DNA of 64,000 nt from the NCBI GenBank assembly GCA_964187785.1, contig OZ076409.1, forward strand, positions 58,034,001-58,098,000. Direction: 5' to 3'. The notes under the pieces were generated by a model. The model did no database searches, had not been told where the DNA came from, and worked only from the letters and a program-made list of their open reading frames with translations. Both the position numbers and the translations under genes were made by a program. Below are positions 35,881 through 47,022 of the stretch, one piece after another; position 1 is the stretch's first letter; each line of letters begins with the position of its first letter. This stretch comes from Amphiscolops sp. MND2022. Taxonomy: Eukaryota.

Positions 35881-37220
35881 TGAGACTAAACCGGGTTGAA
35901 GAATTAAATTAATCAGGACCGGAAAACAGTAATTGTTAACAGATTGTTATCAAGTTGATTGTGAGGAGCTTTTCGAAAATTGTGTCTACTCAAAGGAAGT
36001 AGCTCCTATATATACTCCCTTGGGTGGGAAAAGCATGGTAGTAACTTTAAAAAATGTCATAACTACATTCCTAAAGCACCTGATCAGATCATATACGTTC
36101 AAACATCAAAGTGCCGCTGAATTGTAGTAGCAAGGTCACGCGGCCGTTTAAATTCCAGCTTCGATGGGATTGAGAGGCATTCAAATAGCACGCGTTACTT
36201 CAAACAACATCTACTATAATATTTGCACTGCTGGTATTTGGGGAATGTCAGCTATCCCGTGCCGGCACGTGCCCCAGTAGTAAGCTAAACAAACTTACAT
36301 CAAATAACGTTACATGCATAATACATCTACAAATTGCATGTGTTAATTGACAAATGAGACCGGACTGGTCTTTCGGGCAAGTATTTGAAGCACCAACACA
36401 CAACTGGTGTTAATCATATCAACCGATCTGGAGGACTACATAACTGTTTGTAACACACTCATTACTGTACATGTCATTTAGAATGCACAAAACAATCATA
36501 TTGACCATCTGAGTAATAAATTGAATGGGTGGCCTAAATCGGCCATTATCCGGATAGGTATAGCATCAGGGGAGGGAAATTAGGCAAATGGCCTTATTCG
36601 GCTAAGCATCAGGGGAAATGAAACAAAACACTAATTATCCAACGTGATCATTTAACAAACACAGAAACGTAATTAAGCTACTCATTAATACAGTATAGCA
36701 GCGTCCACATCATTATCTTTTCGTTAGCAACTTATGGCCGAAACCGGCCGTTTGACTCAAGTTCCGTTTAACAAAGGCGGAATTCAGTTATGTGGCCTTA
36801 ACCGGCCATTAATTAAATACAGCACAAGTATTGTTCAAATGGATGAATGTGATTGGTTAGCACGACTGCAGTAAGTTATATCGCCGAGAAGGGACGTTTT
36901 CGCACTTGAACACGTTTCCTTCTCGCGATTAACTTGCTCTCTTATTGTTTGCTATAGCATCAATACAACTTCGCAATTTAATTCAGCTATTACAACAACG
37001 AACTGATTTGGCTAATCCCAAATCGTAATATTAACAGACTAATTTGAACATCCAATATAAGTGATCAAATAAAATAAATACAAACAAAATACATGATGTA
37101 AACGGTTTCTAAAGTTTTAGCAGTTTTATTCTTAAAAAGTTGGCAGTGTTCCGGGTATGACTTCTTGGTTGTTGCTTGTTGTCGTAATCATAGTGCCGTC
37201 ACAGGCGGCAGCCTGCGACA
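35295..37220 (-). repeat. 5' LTR (1926 bp)
   Basis: Direct repeat of 20802-22727; only three substitutions seen by eye. Followed on the minus strand by TGG. Confidence 0.97.
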
Positions 37221-38078
37221 TGGGTCATTCAAATCTTTTTCGTTGTCTGTATTGTTTCCGGGAACTTCCGTCACCTCAACTTTCGAAAGATTGTTCAGTC
37301 TTGGGAGGCCGAAAATAGGCATCAGAAACGAGTTTAGAATGGTCCTAGTAATCGGATGGGGTATGACTCCACAAGGGGTGAGGTAAACCCTAGTTGAGAC
37401 AACCGCAACTACAACAGAGATGGAAATCAGAACGATTGAGAATAGAATGAACTCGCCCACGATGGGGAAATTTTCTGACGAAGGTGGAAGAATGTCTGCA
37501 ATTACTATCAATTCGACTGTCTGAGAGAGAAGAACTGTTATTCCCAGGGAGACTCTCTCGCCACTTTCGACTGGAAGCAGAAAGCAAAGAATGGAAAGCA
37601 GAGTCATAGTCGTCGTAGGTAGTATGATCACATTCACATAAAACGTAGGGTGTCGTCGGAAACGGAAACGGTACAAAATTTTATCGTACCTCAAAGACCC
37701 AGCTGAAGTTCGAGCTCCGTGAAAGTTTCGATAACTGGTGGAGATTGAAACGGGCTGCAGGAGTTGCCACTGACCGGCAGGCTGGAAGTACTCCAGATTC
37801 AATCGATCGGAAAGGCTATTTATGCTGTCTATTGTTAGTCGGTAGCTACCATTAGTTGACCCCCATTGCCCAGCTCCGAATAAACACTCCTGTGCAAAAA
37901 GTAACAGATCTCAAGTAAATGAAGGAAACTCAATGTATTTGTAAAGAAGGGTGTCATTTGACAGCTAAAAAAACTAAAACTTGCTCCAAAGACATAAGTA
38001 ATGGATAATGATGAAAGACTAGTTAAAATTGAGCATAAACTCCTGTTGAATTATTGAGCTTTGCGATTGTAAAACGCT

Positions 38079-39337
38079 TGTGATAATATTCCTCATCTGA
38101 GCCCTCGTTTGAAACTAACGTTGCGTGGAAGACTAGTTCGTTACAAAGGCTAAGCAGGATGTCTTAAATCCTTCATTTCAGAGGCCTTAAGAGGATAATC
38201 CTCGTTTTTTTGAATATTAAATTTCAATGCTTGATGCTTGAACTTCTGTAGACTTATCTGTTTTGGATCCCGATGCTTGTGTCTTTTGGGCTTCATTTGT
38301 CTCAGATTTAGGATGAGTAACTGTGGAAACACTTTTGTTGGTTCTGACCTCTTTTAGAATGGCTTCCAACTTGTTATCCATTTCTTATCTCAGTTTCATG
38401 ATTCTATCGTTGTTCTTTTGCTCAATTACCTGTGTCCAATATTTGGATTTAATTGCTGATTTGACTGGGTTCATTCAGTTAATTTTCTAAGAGACCATTA
38501 CCTAACCTTTCTTGAACATTAACTTTAGTATCAGTTAAAGTCGCATTACCTGTATTAGGTGTCTCAACTTGGGTATTATTTGTTTATCTGTCAGGAGAGG
38601 GTGTTTATAGTCTCCTAGATCGTCTATTTCCTCTATTTCCCATTTTTCACAAACGAAAGCAAAGTTTTGCAGCAAAAAAACAGTCGAATGTTCTGCAAGT
38701 ATTCAGTGAAACAAGGCTCTTTTGAAGAATGAAATTGTTTAGAAGAGTTCACAAATTGGAAAGAGAAAACTTTTTCATGAATCAACGGCATTTGGCGCGG
38801 GTTGACTCTCGAATCAATCGATGATTTGAAGTTTATACAGCTAAAAACACATGACATAGAGTATTCGTTATTGATCGAAGCGTAGGATGCCGTATAGTGA
38901 AAAAAAAAACGCATAGTGACGGGTATACGTCGGGTCGCGAACCGCATAGTACCGCATAGTGGTACTGTGCAAAAATATGATGACAAAAGCTCGTTAAGTC
39001 TCGAACTGCACAGTGACGTATAATCACTAGTACATGTGACCATTAAGTAGCATCACAATCGACAAATTACGTTATCTCTGATTCATATGACTCATTAGGA
39101 TAATTGATGGATGTGCGGTTTTACTTCTCAATGCAATTCAGTGTTCACTTTTTAACGCGAGAGAAACTTATTTAGAACAAAGTTTATCCAAAGCAATACT
39201 CTTGCATGATATCATTAAAACGAACAACGGCGGATAAAAGTGTCGCATTATCTTTCTCATAGTTTAATTTGACTGCAGGTTTTGTTCGCCTTCTTAGTGT
39301 TGCTCCCTGGTTGCAATACAGCTGTTAGGTTGTGACA
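38079..39337 (-). repeat. Diverged 3' LTR of a related Gypsy family containing a gag stub
   Basis: Minus strand TGTCACAA...TATCACA. Colinear similarity to 50763-52106. Contains a decayed MGNRGNRRSRRL gag-like start (~38643). Confidence 0.65.
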
Positions 39338-39832
39338 GTCCTGCAACCTTGAAGGTAAACGCGGATGCCTCAAAACCATCGATGAACGCACGGGACCTGA
39401 CTCCCCTGTCGCTCACTGTTTTGTCGTCGTAGGCAGTTGCAAGTAGAAACTCACTCAAAATCTCCGAGGCATTTTGGTCGTATGTTTTGCTGCACCTTTC
39501 GCAAAATCCCTCAACGTGTTGCGTAAACATTGGGTTGAGTCTGTATAGATGCCACTTATTGACGGGCATGAGAAGAAGATTAGTACTGTGCGTGTTTTGG
39601 GTCACAAGTAGTTGCAACTGCTTTCACTCAATTCCGGTTTAGCACCGGCCTCCGCTTTAGACTCCTCAATGACGATGCGCTCCTCCGAGGTCAGACCAAG
39701 AGGCGACTCTAGGTACACTGGAGGTACTGGCATCCGATCCAGTCGCGCCCTCCGATCCTCCTCTGCTGATAACGGACAACACGACTTATCTAATAGCGAC
39801 CTCTGTGTCTTTATTCGGAACTTCTGCTCCAA
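39294..39832 (-). pseudogene. Decayed homolog of the 261-aa accessory ORF
   Basis: GFCERCSKT...RSRAFIDGFEASAFTFKVAGLSQPNSC aligns by eye with TGCMVCGRS...RREAYENGLNAGSFLFLTPAVSQAAAC. Confidence 0.65.
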
Positions 39833-41466
39833 CCGGGTGTGCTCAACACCCTTTCATTGCTCCCATCGGTTAGAAATTCCTCGTCCAGACATTCACAAAT
39901 CTACACTTCAAATCAAAAAACGAGCGTAACCATCGATCACGCGTTTCCCTCTGGGGAACCTGACAGAACTGCCAACTACTCCCGATACGAAGAACCAAGG
40001 CTTCAGGGTTCTCAAAGCACGTTTTCCAGCTAAAACACACAAACCAGACAAATAAGACAAACCAAACTCCTTCAAAAAAAAACAAAAAAATTCACGTGTC
40101 CCTACCAACGTATAACATCCCTCTTAGTTAATCTCGAATCCGTAATTTTAGCATTGCAAGTAAAAGTAACGTTCTAAACTTCCTCCTATAAAACCCCTCA
40201 CGTCATTTTATGAGATTCTTACTAGGTTGCTTAGCGACCGATGTTGTTGGAGTCCCAGCTATCGCCGACACTTCACCTCCGAAGGCTACCGGCACAAGAG
40301 AATTTGATCTAACTGAATCAACTCAGCTAGCAAAAGCCACAGCTGAACTATCACAGACTTACAGACGAGGCCCAGACTTCCCCCCCTCCACCTGGAGACA
40401 ATTCCATCGTAACACTGGCTACCCCCCGGACGGCATCTTGGAGACGCCACATAAAATCGTCCACGGCGAGAGCCCCGACAGTTCCAAGCCCCCTCAAGGT
40501 CGATTCTACAACCGCTTTCACGAAACCAGCGACTTGGAGCTCCAATCTATCCATCATTGCTTCGAGAGCTGGCTGCGATAACCAGCGCACACTGAAGTCT
40601 TCCAAACAAAGAAACAACATTCCACCTTAAAACGCATTATACTGCAAGCAGCACTACACTAGTGTAGAGATACCTATCCTACCCAGGAACAAGTAATGTG
40701 ATAACAAACCGATTTAAACTGACCCAAATGGCTGCTGGGGAAGGCGTCTAATCGATGCAACACCAAAGACTCTTTGGTGTCACCAGATGGCGAGGGCCTC
40801 ACACTCCCCAAGTTGAAAGACCGCAAATGCCCGAGCAGTTCCATTAGATACACATTTGCTGGAACAATAACTAACGACAGATCAGACAATCCGGAAATGC
40901 TGAATTATCTCAGTAAGACTTGATGCACACTGATTGCGAGTTTGACGCTATGAAGATGCCATGCAATAGACAGCCATTTTCTAACAGCGGATACCAAAAG
41001 TTCCATACATAAAACAAAGGTAAAACAAGCAACAGACAAGCAAATCAAAATCTATCACACTTACAAAATTCCTCAAATAATGCCACTTTGAAGATAGCAT
41101 TCACAGTTTCTGCACCGTCAGCTGGAATCCGGTTCGCTAGGCGGCAACACACAGGAGGAACGCCCTCACCGAGTACTTCAGCTGCTACCACTTCCAGTTC
41201 CTCACCAATAGTATCTGACCTGCGACTTCTCGCTTAGACAACTCTCCCCTGACTCGACCGATCGGATAATACGGAGATACTGTGGGAGAGTCTGGATACA
41301 GAGAAGGACCAACTGACATAAAACAAATCGCAATCTGAAAAAAAAGATGTATAAGGGTAATCCAACACTGAAGCGATAACCAGGTGCCAGATTCATGCTT
41401 TTACAACACGGTGATGTGGACTGATCAACCACATTTATCTCTCGATAAAAAGTTTTCTAAATAAAA

Positions 41467-42127
41467 AACAAGCCGGGACCGGCCCAAGTCGGCGCCATAT
41501 CCAAGGCTCAAAAATAGCAAAAAGACTTCCAAGTGTCAAGTATTCTTTTACAGAAGTCGAAAATCGAAAATTTTTCGAAAATTTTTTTTTGAAAAAATTA
41601 CATACTAAAAAAATTGGACCGAGTGGCGCGCTAACGTCTCACAATGCCGAAAAACTGAAAGGGGGGACCCTTTGAGGTTTTTCAACATCCATTCTGTCGC
41701 AAAGCATGAAAAAATTTAAGAAAAATTTTTTTTTTTTCGGGAAAAAATCTCACAATGCCGAAAAAAACTGAAAGGAGGAACCCTTTGGGATTTTCCAACA
41801 TCCATTCTGTCGCAAAACATCAAAAAAATGCAGGGGGGACATTTTGAGGAAAAAAATTTTCCGAAAAAAAAATTCCGAAAAAAAATGTCTCGCAGTGCCG
41901 AAAAAAATTGAAAGGGGGACTCTTTGGTCTCTCCCGGTATGGTATGTTACGCGGAAAAACAGGTAAAACCATTTTGGTCCAGTTCGCTAGGCCAAATGGT
42001 GCAATTTGACACCATAATATTTTGTAGAACTTTTAAGAACTATTTTGGTCAGTTCGTGTGGATTGAAAAAAAAAAAAAAGAAAAGTCACTATAATAGTCG
42101 CGTTTCACTTCATGAAGCGCCGACTAA
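41467..42127. mobile_element. Helentron/HINE-like non-autonomous element with internal ~120-bp tandem repeats
   Basis: Starts AACAAG in an A-run. Subterminal inverted repeats AGTCGGCGC (41487) and GCGCCGACT (42117). 3' hairpin 42096-42125. Three copies of CTCACAATGCCGAAAAA..GAAAGGGG..CTTTG. No TSD. Confidence 0.7.
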
Positions 42128-42914
42128 AAAAGAGGCGACCGTTGTTTTCGGTCCCCCAGTTGACCAAATTTCAAACCAACAAAATTCTACAAAAAAGGAA
42201 TTTCCCATGACACGACAACTATACTCCGCCACCCTTAAATCTACTATAAAATGCGCCTAAATTGGGCCACACACTCGAGGAATACAGGTATCCCATGCTG
42301 GACAGGTTCAAAGGAATGGCAACAAAACAGAATTAACAATAACGACAAAGGCCTCAGCGTTTACCGTGTAACTACAGAAATATCAATTGCAGCGTTATTG
42401 ACAGTCACTCGTCTGCCACGAAACTGTTAATCAACCAGTTCACTATTTACTTTACTTTCTACCAATGCGCACGAACGGATGACCTGGCTATTTCCGCCAC
42501 TTGACTTTCTCTCACTCTCCAGATCTGATTTCATTACTCTCAGCTTGGTGACGTCACAAAGGTTCAGTCGTCCATAACTAACTCGATGTTTGCTCAACTT
42601 CGAACAATCCTCCCTGCTCAATGCCAAAGACAAACGATGACCACTAACCAAAGCAAATGGTAAATACCAATCGATTATTGTACAACAGTAACACCCAACG
42701 GTAAACGACATGTCTCCCGAGCCATGAACACGTCATAAAGGGACACCAGTTACACTCCGTAAACATAGCCAAATTACCAAACTAGCCACACACCAAAAAG
42801 CCAATACCCTACCTGTCCTTCAATTATCCGAAAGACGAAGTACCATAAGCTACTCACACTGCTACTGGCTGTTTTTCTATCCACTGCTTCATTCTCTTTT
42901 CCAAAGAGGCGTAG

Positions 42915-44005
42915 TGTTATGCCGAATGGCATGATGAAGTTTGACAACGACGCGTCTCAGTTGTCAAGGACTTTGATTCCAGTTCATTAAAAACTAACAT
43001 TAAATAATTTATATTACCTAAAAGAACGACCGGTCTATCCAGTCGTCATTTTACCTAATACTTTGCATTCAATTCAGTATATATTACATGATAAACAGAG
43101 CATCGATTAGTACTTGTGAGAATCATTTTCCAATTATTACCTAAAAACAAGTAGCAGAAACCATTGACAAATCGTGGGTCAATTAGTACATTTTGCGAAA
43201 CCCAAAGCAGCAACCAAAAGATTCAGTCAACATAAACAATTGGTGCATCGATTTCTTCTTATGTTAACGATTTGTAGCTATAATCACCACCATAACCTAC
43301 AGTCGTAATTGAGTCGGTGCGAAAAGTGAAAAGACTAGTGAATTAAACTAATGCGATAACAGGTGCGAAAGTGCTGTGATGAGGATTAGCAACAACCGAA
43401 GTAACCAGTCGTCTAGTGCACCATGAAGTGATAATTGCTGACTTAACCAGTAACACCAAATAAGTACACGCACTCAATTAAACGTTACTAACATGTGACT
43501 AGTATTACGAAGGTGCTATTGCGAAATAGAAATCAACCAGTTGATCTTGTGCTACCGTGATATTCAGACGTGCTTTTTACTCTTACCAAAAATCCATTCT
43601 TTGCCCTCAACTTAGTAAAACGTACATTCCTACCTTTAAAATCTAAAATCAATTCAACATAAAAAAACGAACACTTTTCTTCCAACAATGGTAAATACTA
43701 GATCCCAGATTAGCAGAGAGACTCAAAACAAACAACCAGTAGTAGATGGATTTGTTGATGATGAAGACATCGTTAGTTTAGCTGATCATTACTCAGGGAG
43801 TTATTCCAATCAGAATGATGAAGAGACAATGAGATTTCAAGAGAGAGGTCTTGAAAGGCTCACAATAGAACAGAGGTTCTTGGAAATGAACGAGCAAATC
43901 AGTGAATTAACAAGTATGGTTCGACACTTCCTGAGAAAGTTACGTACAGTAGAGAAGAGAAGGACCAGAACGTCCACGCCTACGGGACGTCAATGCTTTC
44001 TGACA
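42915..44005 (+). repeat. Probable LTR relic containing a gag-like start (MVNTRSQ..., 43688)
   Basis: The ORF resembles a Gypsy gag N-terminus and is cut at TGACA (44001-44005). The left boundary is uncertain and no matching TSD was found. Confidence 0.4.
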
Positions 44006-46212
44006 GTGGGGGATTAGAATAGTAACGTAGAGTTGCGCACAACCATGAATCTTATTATATGACATCATATTGCCCATTGAATAGTGTATATGGCCTAAAA
44101 TATACATAAAAGATAACAGTAAGGTTTTATTTTCATCATGCTAGCATGACCAGCGTTGACGTAGACTTGGTTGCGATGTGACTATTTGTGAGGTTAGTTT
44201 TCATCTGTATAACAATATCACACCTGCAACTATGGGACAATTGTTATCAAAATCTTGAACAACAGCTGCAGAAAGGGCAGTCGTGTAGGAACTTTTTCCT
44301 AGAATAGAGTGTTTTGAGTAATTGCTACGAAGAGACATTTCTCATCTACTTTCAATCCATTATTCAAAAAAACAAAGAATACTAGCAGGATTAAGAATTG
44401 TTTCGCCTTTGTTTGCCCATTGTAATGAAGAGTACCCTAGCTGAGACTGCTAGAACTTTTTAAATCTGCAGGCCTGCATGCAGTATAATTTTTTTTATAA
44501 AACCTAAGGATTTCAGTGAGGTTCCTGTAGTAAATTTTGCAAAGTTACACACCTTCTCTATTGTTGCACTTAAATTTGAAAATATTTCTCCTTTCTTTAT
44601 GGACAAACTCACGATTTCTCCACAATTCATCTGATTTAATCGCCGGTTGCCAAATAGGACGCTGAAGATGACGCTAGTTTGATGTTTAAATTGCGAATGA
44701 TGGTAACTTGCAATGAAATGGCAGCGAAATTGTTGATGTCTCAGCTGCATTTAAAACTAGAACTGATGCATAATGAAAAACTCGCGAAAACGTTGATGAT
44801 TCGTCCAAGCAGGTTGATAAAAGATGATGACAACTGGGAAACACTAACGAAATAAAGTTCCTGTAAGAGATTTAGAAAAACATTAAAAAAGTTGCTGGCA
44901 ACTTTGAAGGACATAGAAAAAATTCAAGCATGTCCAACAAGGGTACTAGCGTGATAATTTCAGACGGTTCTCTGTTTCTGAGTAACGGGAAGAAACACAC
45001 TACCACCTGATATTCGTACTATCAACTTGGATCTCAGCAGCAAAAATTGAAAACTGATTGCAATTGACAAGCAAGGCACAAAAAATTGAATTCTGGTACA
45101 TTTTTGAATATCAAGCACTTTGTGCAGAAACGTTGAGATTTGTGCATAGTTCCTCATGCTACGAATAGAATCTACGTTTTTCTTTAGTTTTCCTTTTTGT
45201 TAGTTCTGTAGAACGAGCCTTTGTTTAAGTAAAACTTTAAACTTAATATGTTTCGTAGTTTTTGAACTATTTGTTTTTCTTTTATATTTCACTTTTGGCA
45301 ACATTTGCAAAAGCGCCAACTATGAAACATGGGAAAGAATTCATCAGTATAGATCAAGAGAAATAACTGAAAATCATGAAAGCTCACCTGAGAGTCGAAT
45401 GGGAACAGCCGGACATTGAAGTTGCAACTCAGTTTAATGTTCACGATGGAGCTTTCAGCCGCAACTAATCCATTGGGATAGATTTGCTGCTTATCAAAAA
45501 TGTGGTAGACAACATCCGCTGTGTCGTAAAACACCACATCTGGGGTCCACACAGATCCGGCCGGTAGCATAACATTGGTGACACCATTCTTAGCAGGATC
45601 CCACGCCAAGTCAAGCAAATAGTAGGTTAGAAAAACCCACAGTCTCAGACTCACGATAGCCTGCCTCTCATCTACCTCGAGGATCTGATACAAATCCACG
45701 AAAAGAAAAACCGTGTTGTTGAGCATGTTACTATGACGAACATATTTTGTGGTTTTGCTCAGCAGATCAGTTATAAAGGAGTCTTCTAGCGACGAATTTT
45801 GGAACCCGTTGCACGGCCTGTCGATACAAGTTTGGAACACTTTTGTTCGTATTCGAATTTGAAGTCTTAAGGCTTGTTTTTCGAACGCAGTATCAAACAA
45901 CCTGTATGAAAAAACCGGTTAACTTTACTGAATTTTCACAAACTCTAGAGTTATAAGTCAATTGTTGATTGTCTTTACCTAGATGAAATTTTGGGTTTTC
46001 TGTGAAATTTGCAAGACAGCGTTTTTGTCTGACATCACTGCTCTAGCATTTTCTAGCACGGGTGAATGCTCTATATGATCATTGAAAAAAGTAAAATCTC
46101 CGTCGATTTTGCTTCGCTTTGTTTGATTTTAACTTGCTTATCTGATTTTTTAGGACTCGATCGAGGTCACGTTCTCGTCGTGAGTTCTGTCACGTGTGTT
46201 ATATAAATCCAC

Positions 46213-46472
46213 ATCAGCAGAGAGCGTCCACCTCAGAATAAGGACATTGTTCAGTTCCTGGAAGCGTTGCTTGCAGAAGAACTACATCTTCGACAAATTT
46301 ATTCTTGGAATCTATATTGGGTTTCTTGGTAAGATCTTGGATTTCATCTTGGATATCTCGACAAGATCTTGGATTTCTTCGAGATCTTGCCAGAACTTGC
46401 ACAATCTTGGCAAGATCTTGGAAGATGTGGAAAGTGCTTGGCAAGATCTTGGCAAGATGTCGAACGCTGGAA
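46213..46472. repeat. Short repeat element with multiple palindromic CAAGATCTTG units
   Basis: At least five AGATCTTG/CAAGATCTTG copies in 46330-46458. Confidence 0.5.
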
Positions 46473-46583
46473 TAACTTCTAAACACCAATTATTCATTTG
46501 AACTGCCTAAATTTTATTTCAGCGCAATTTATGCAGCGTTACTTTATGCATCTTCAAAAATTTTCAATTCTGCTAGGTTATTG

Positions 46584-47022
46584 GGTACTCCTGACTAAGT
46601 GTGGTCCCTACAAAATTGATGCAGCCGGCCTGAAAACTCCTGACTAAGTGTGGTCCCTAGCAAATTTAGAATAGCAACGCAAAGCAAACATTACATGTAG
46701 TTCAAAACAGCAGAATTCAATTTACTAGATTTTAGTGTTGTTACAGCCAAAATGTATGGAACTTGATTTGAAGAGGTTAGCATATTTGTTGTATGGCTCG
46801 GTCGCTTCGCTCCCTTCGCCAAGTAGCATCATTGAGGCATGGCCATATGGCACGTCGCTCCGCTTCGCTTCGCTCCTGCATTTAGGGCACTAGGGGTATG
46901 TGAACATAGCTGACTACTTTATAATAATTATTCTGACAAAATATGCAGGGACCACACTTACATTATAGGGACCACACTTAGTAAGGAGAAATTGCTTGGG
47001 ACCACGCTTAGTCAGGAGTACC
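46584..47022. mobile_element. MITE, Merlin-like (439 bp)
   Basis: TIR GGTACTCCTGACTAAG(T/C)GTGGTCCC, perfect 8-bp TSD GGTTATTG (46576-46583, 47023-47030), internal repeats of the TIR motif. GG-starting TIRs with an 8-bp TSD fit the Merlin superfamily. Confidence 0.85.

Larger units (their letters stand above)
20802..37220 (-). mobile_element. Young 16.4-kb Ty3/Gypsy LTR retrotransposon with extra cargo genes
   Basis: TSD TGGGT at 20797-20801 and 37221-37225. Two 1926-bp TG...CA LTRs, PBS, and gag then PR-RT-RH-IN order. Confidence 0.97.
20605..45901 (-). pseudogene. Cys-loop ligand-gated ion channel subunit (nAChR-like, non-alpha, cation-type), interrupted by an LTR retrotransposon in the M3-M4 loop
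   Basis: Exon 45901-45388 (WDP, VWTPDV, CNFNVRLFPFDSQ) splices GT-AG in phase 0 to exon 37889-37221, completing the C-x13-C loop (SQ|EC). Then RRHPTFY-M1, LPVESGERVSLGITVLL-M2 and M3. M4 (WKLLSQLIDRVMFVLY...) lies at 20796-20605. Removing the element and one TSD restores ...LNDPTEKQM... in frame. The signal-peptide exon was not identified. Confidence 0.9.

Noticed and set aside
45979..46050. Candidate first coding exon of the channel (AG|GTAAAG donor, phase-compatible)
   Set aside because: The compatible frame has a TGA four codons after the ATG and no signal peptide; cannot be supported as coding.
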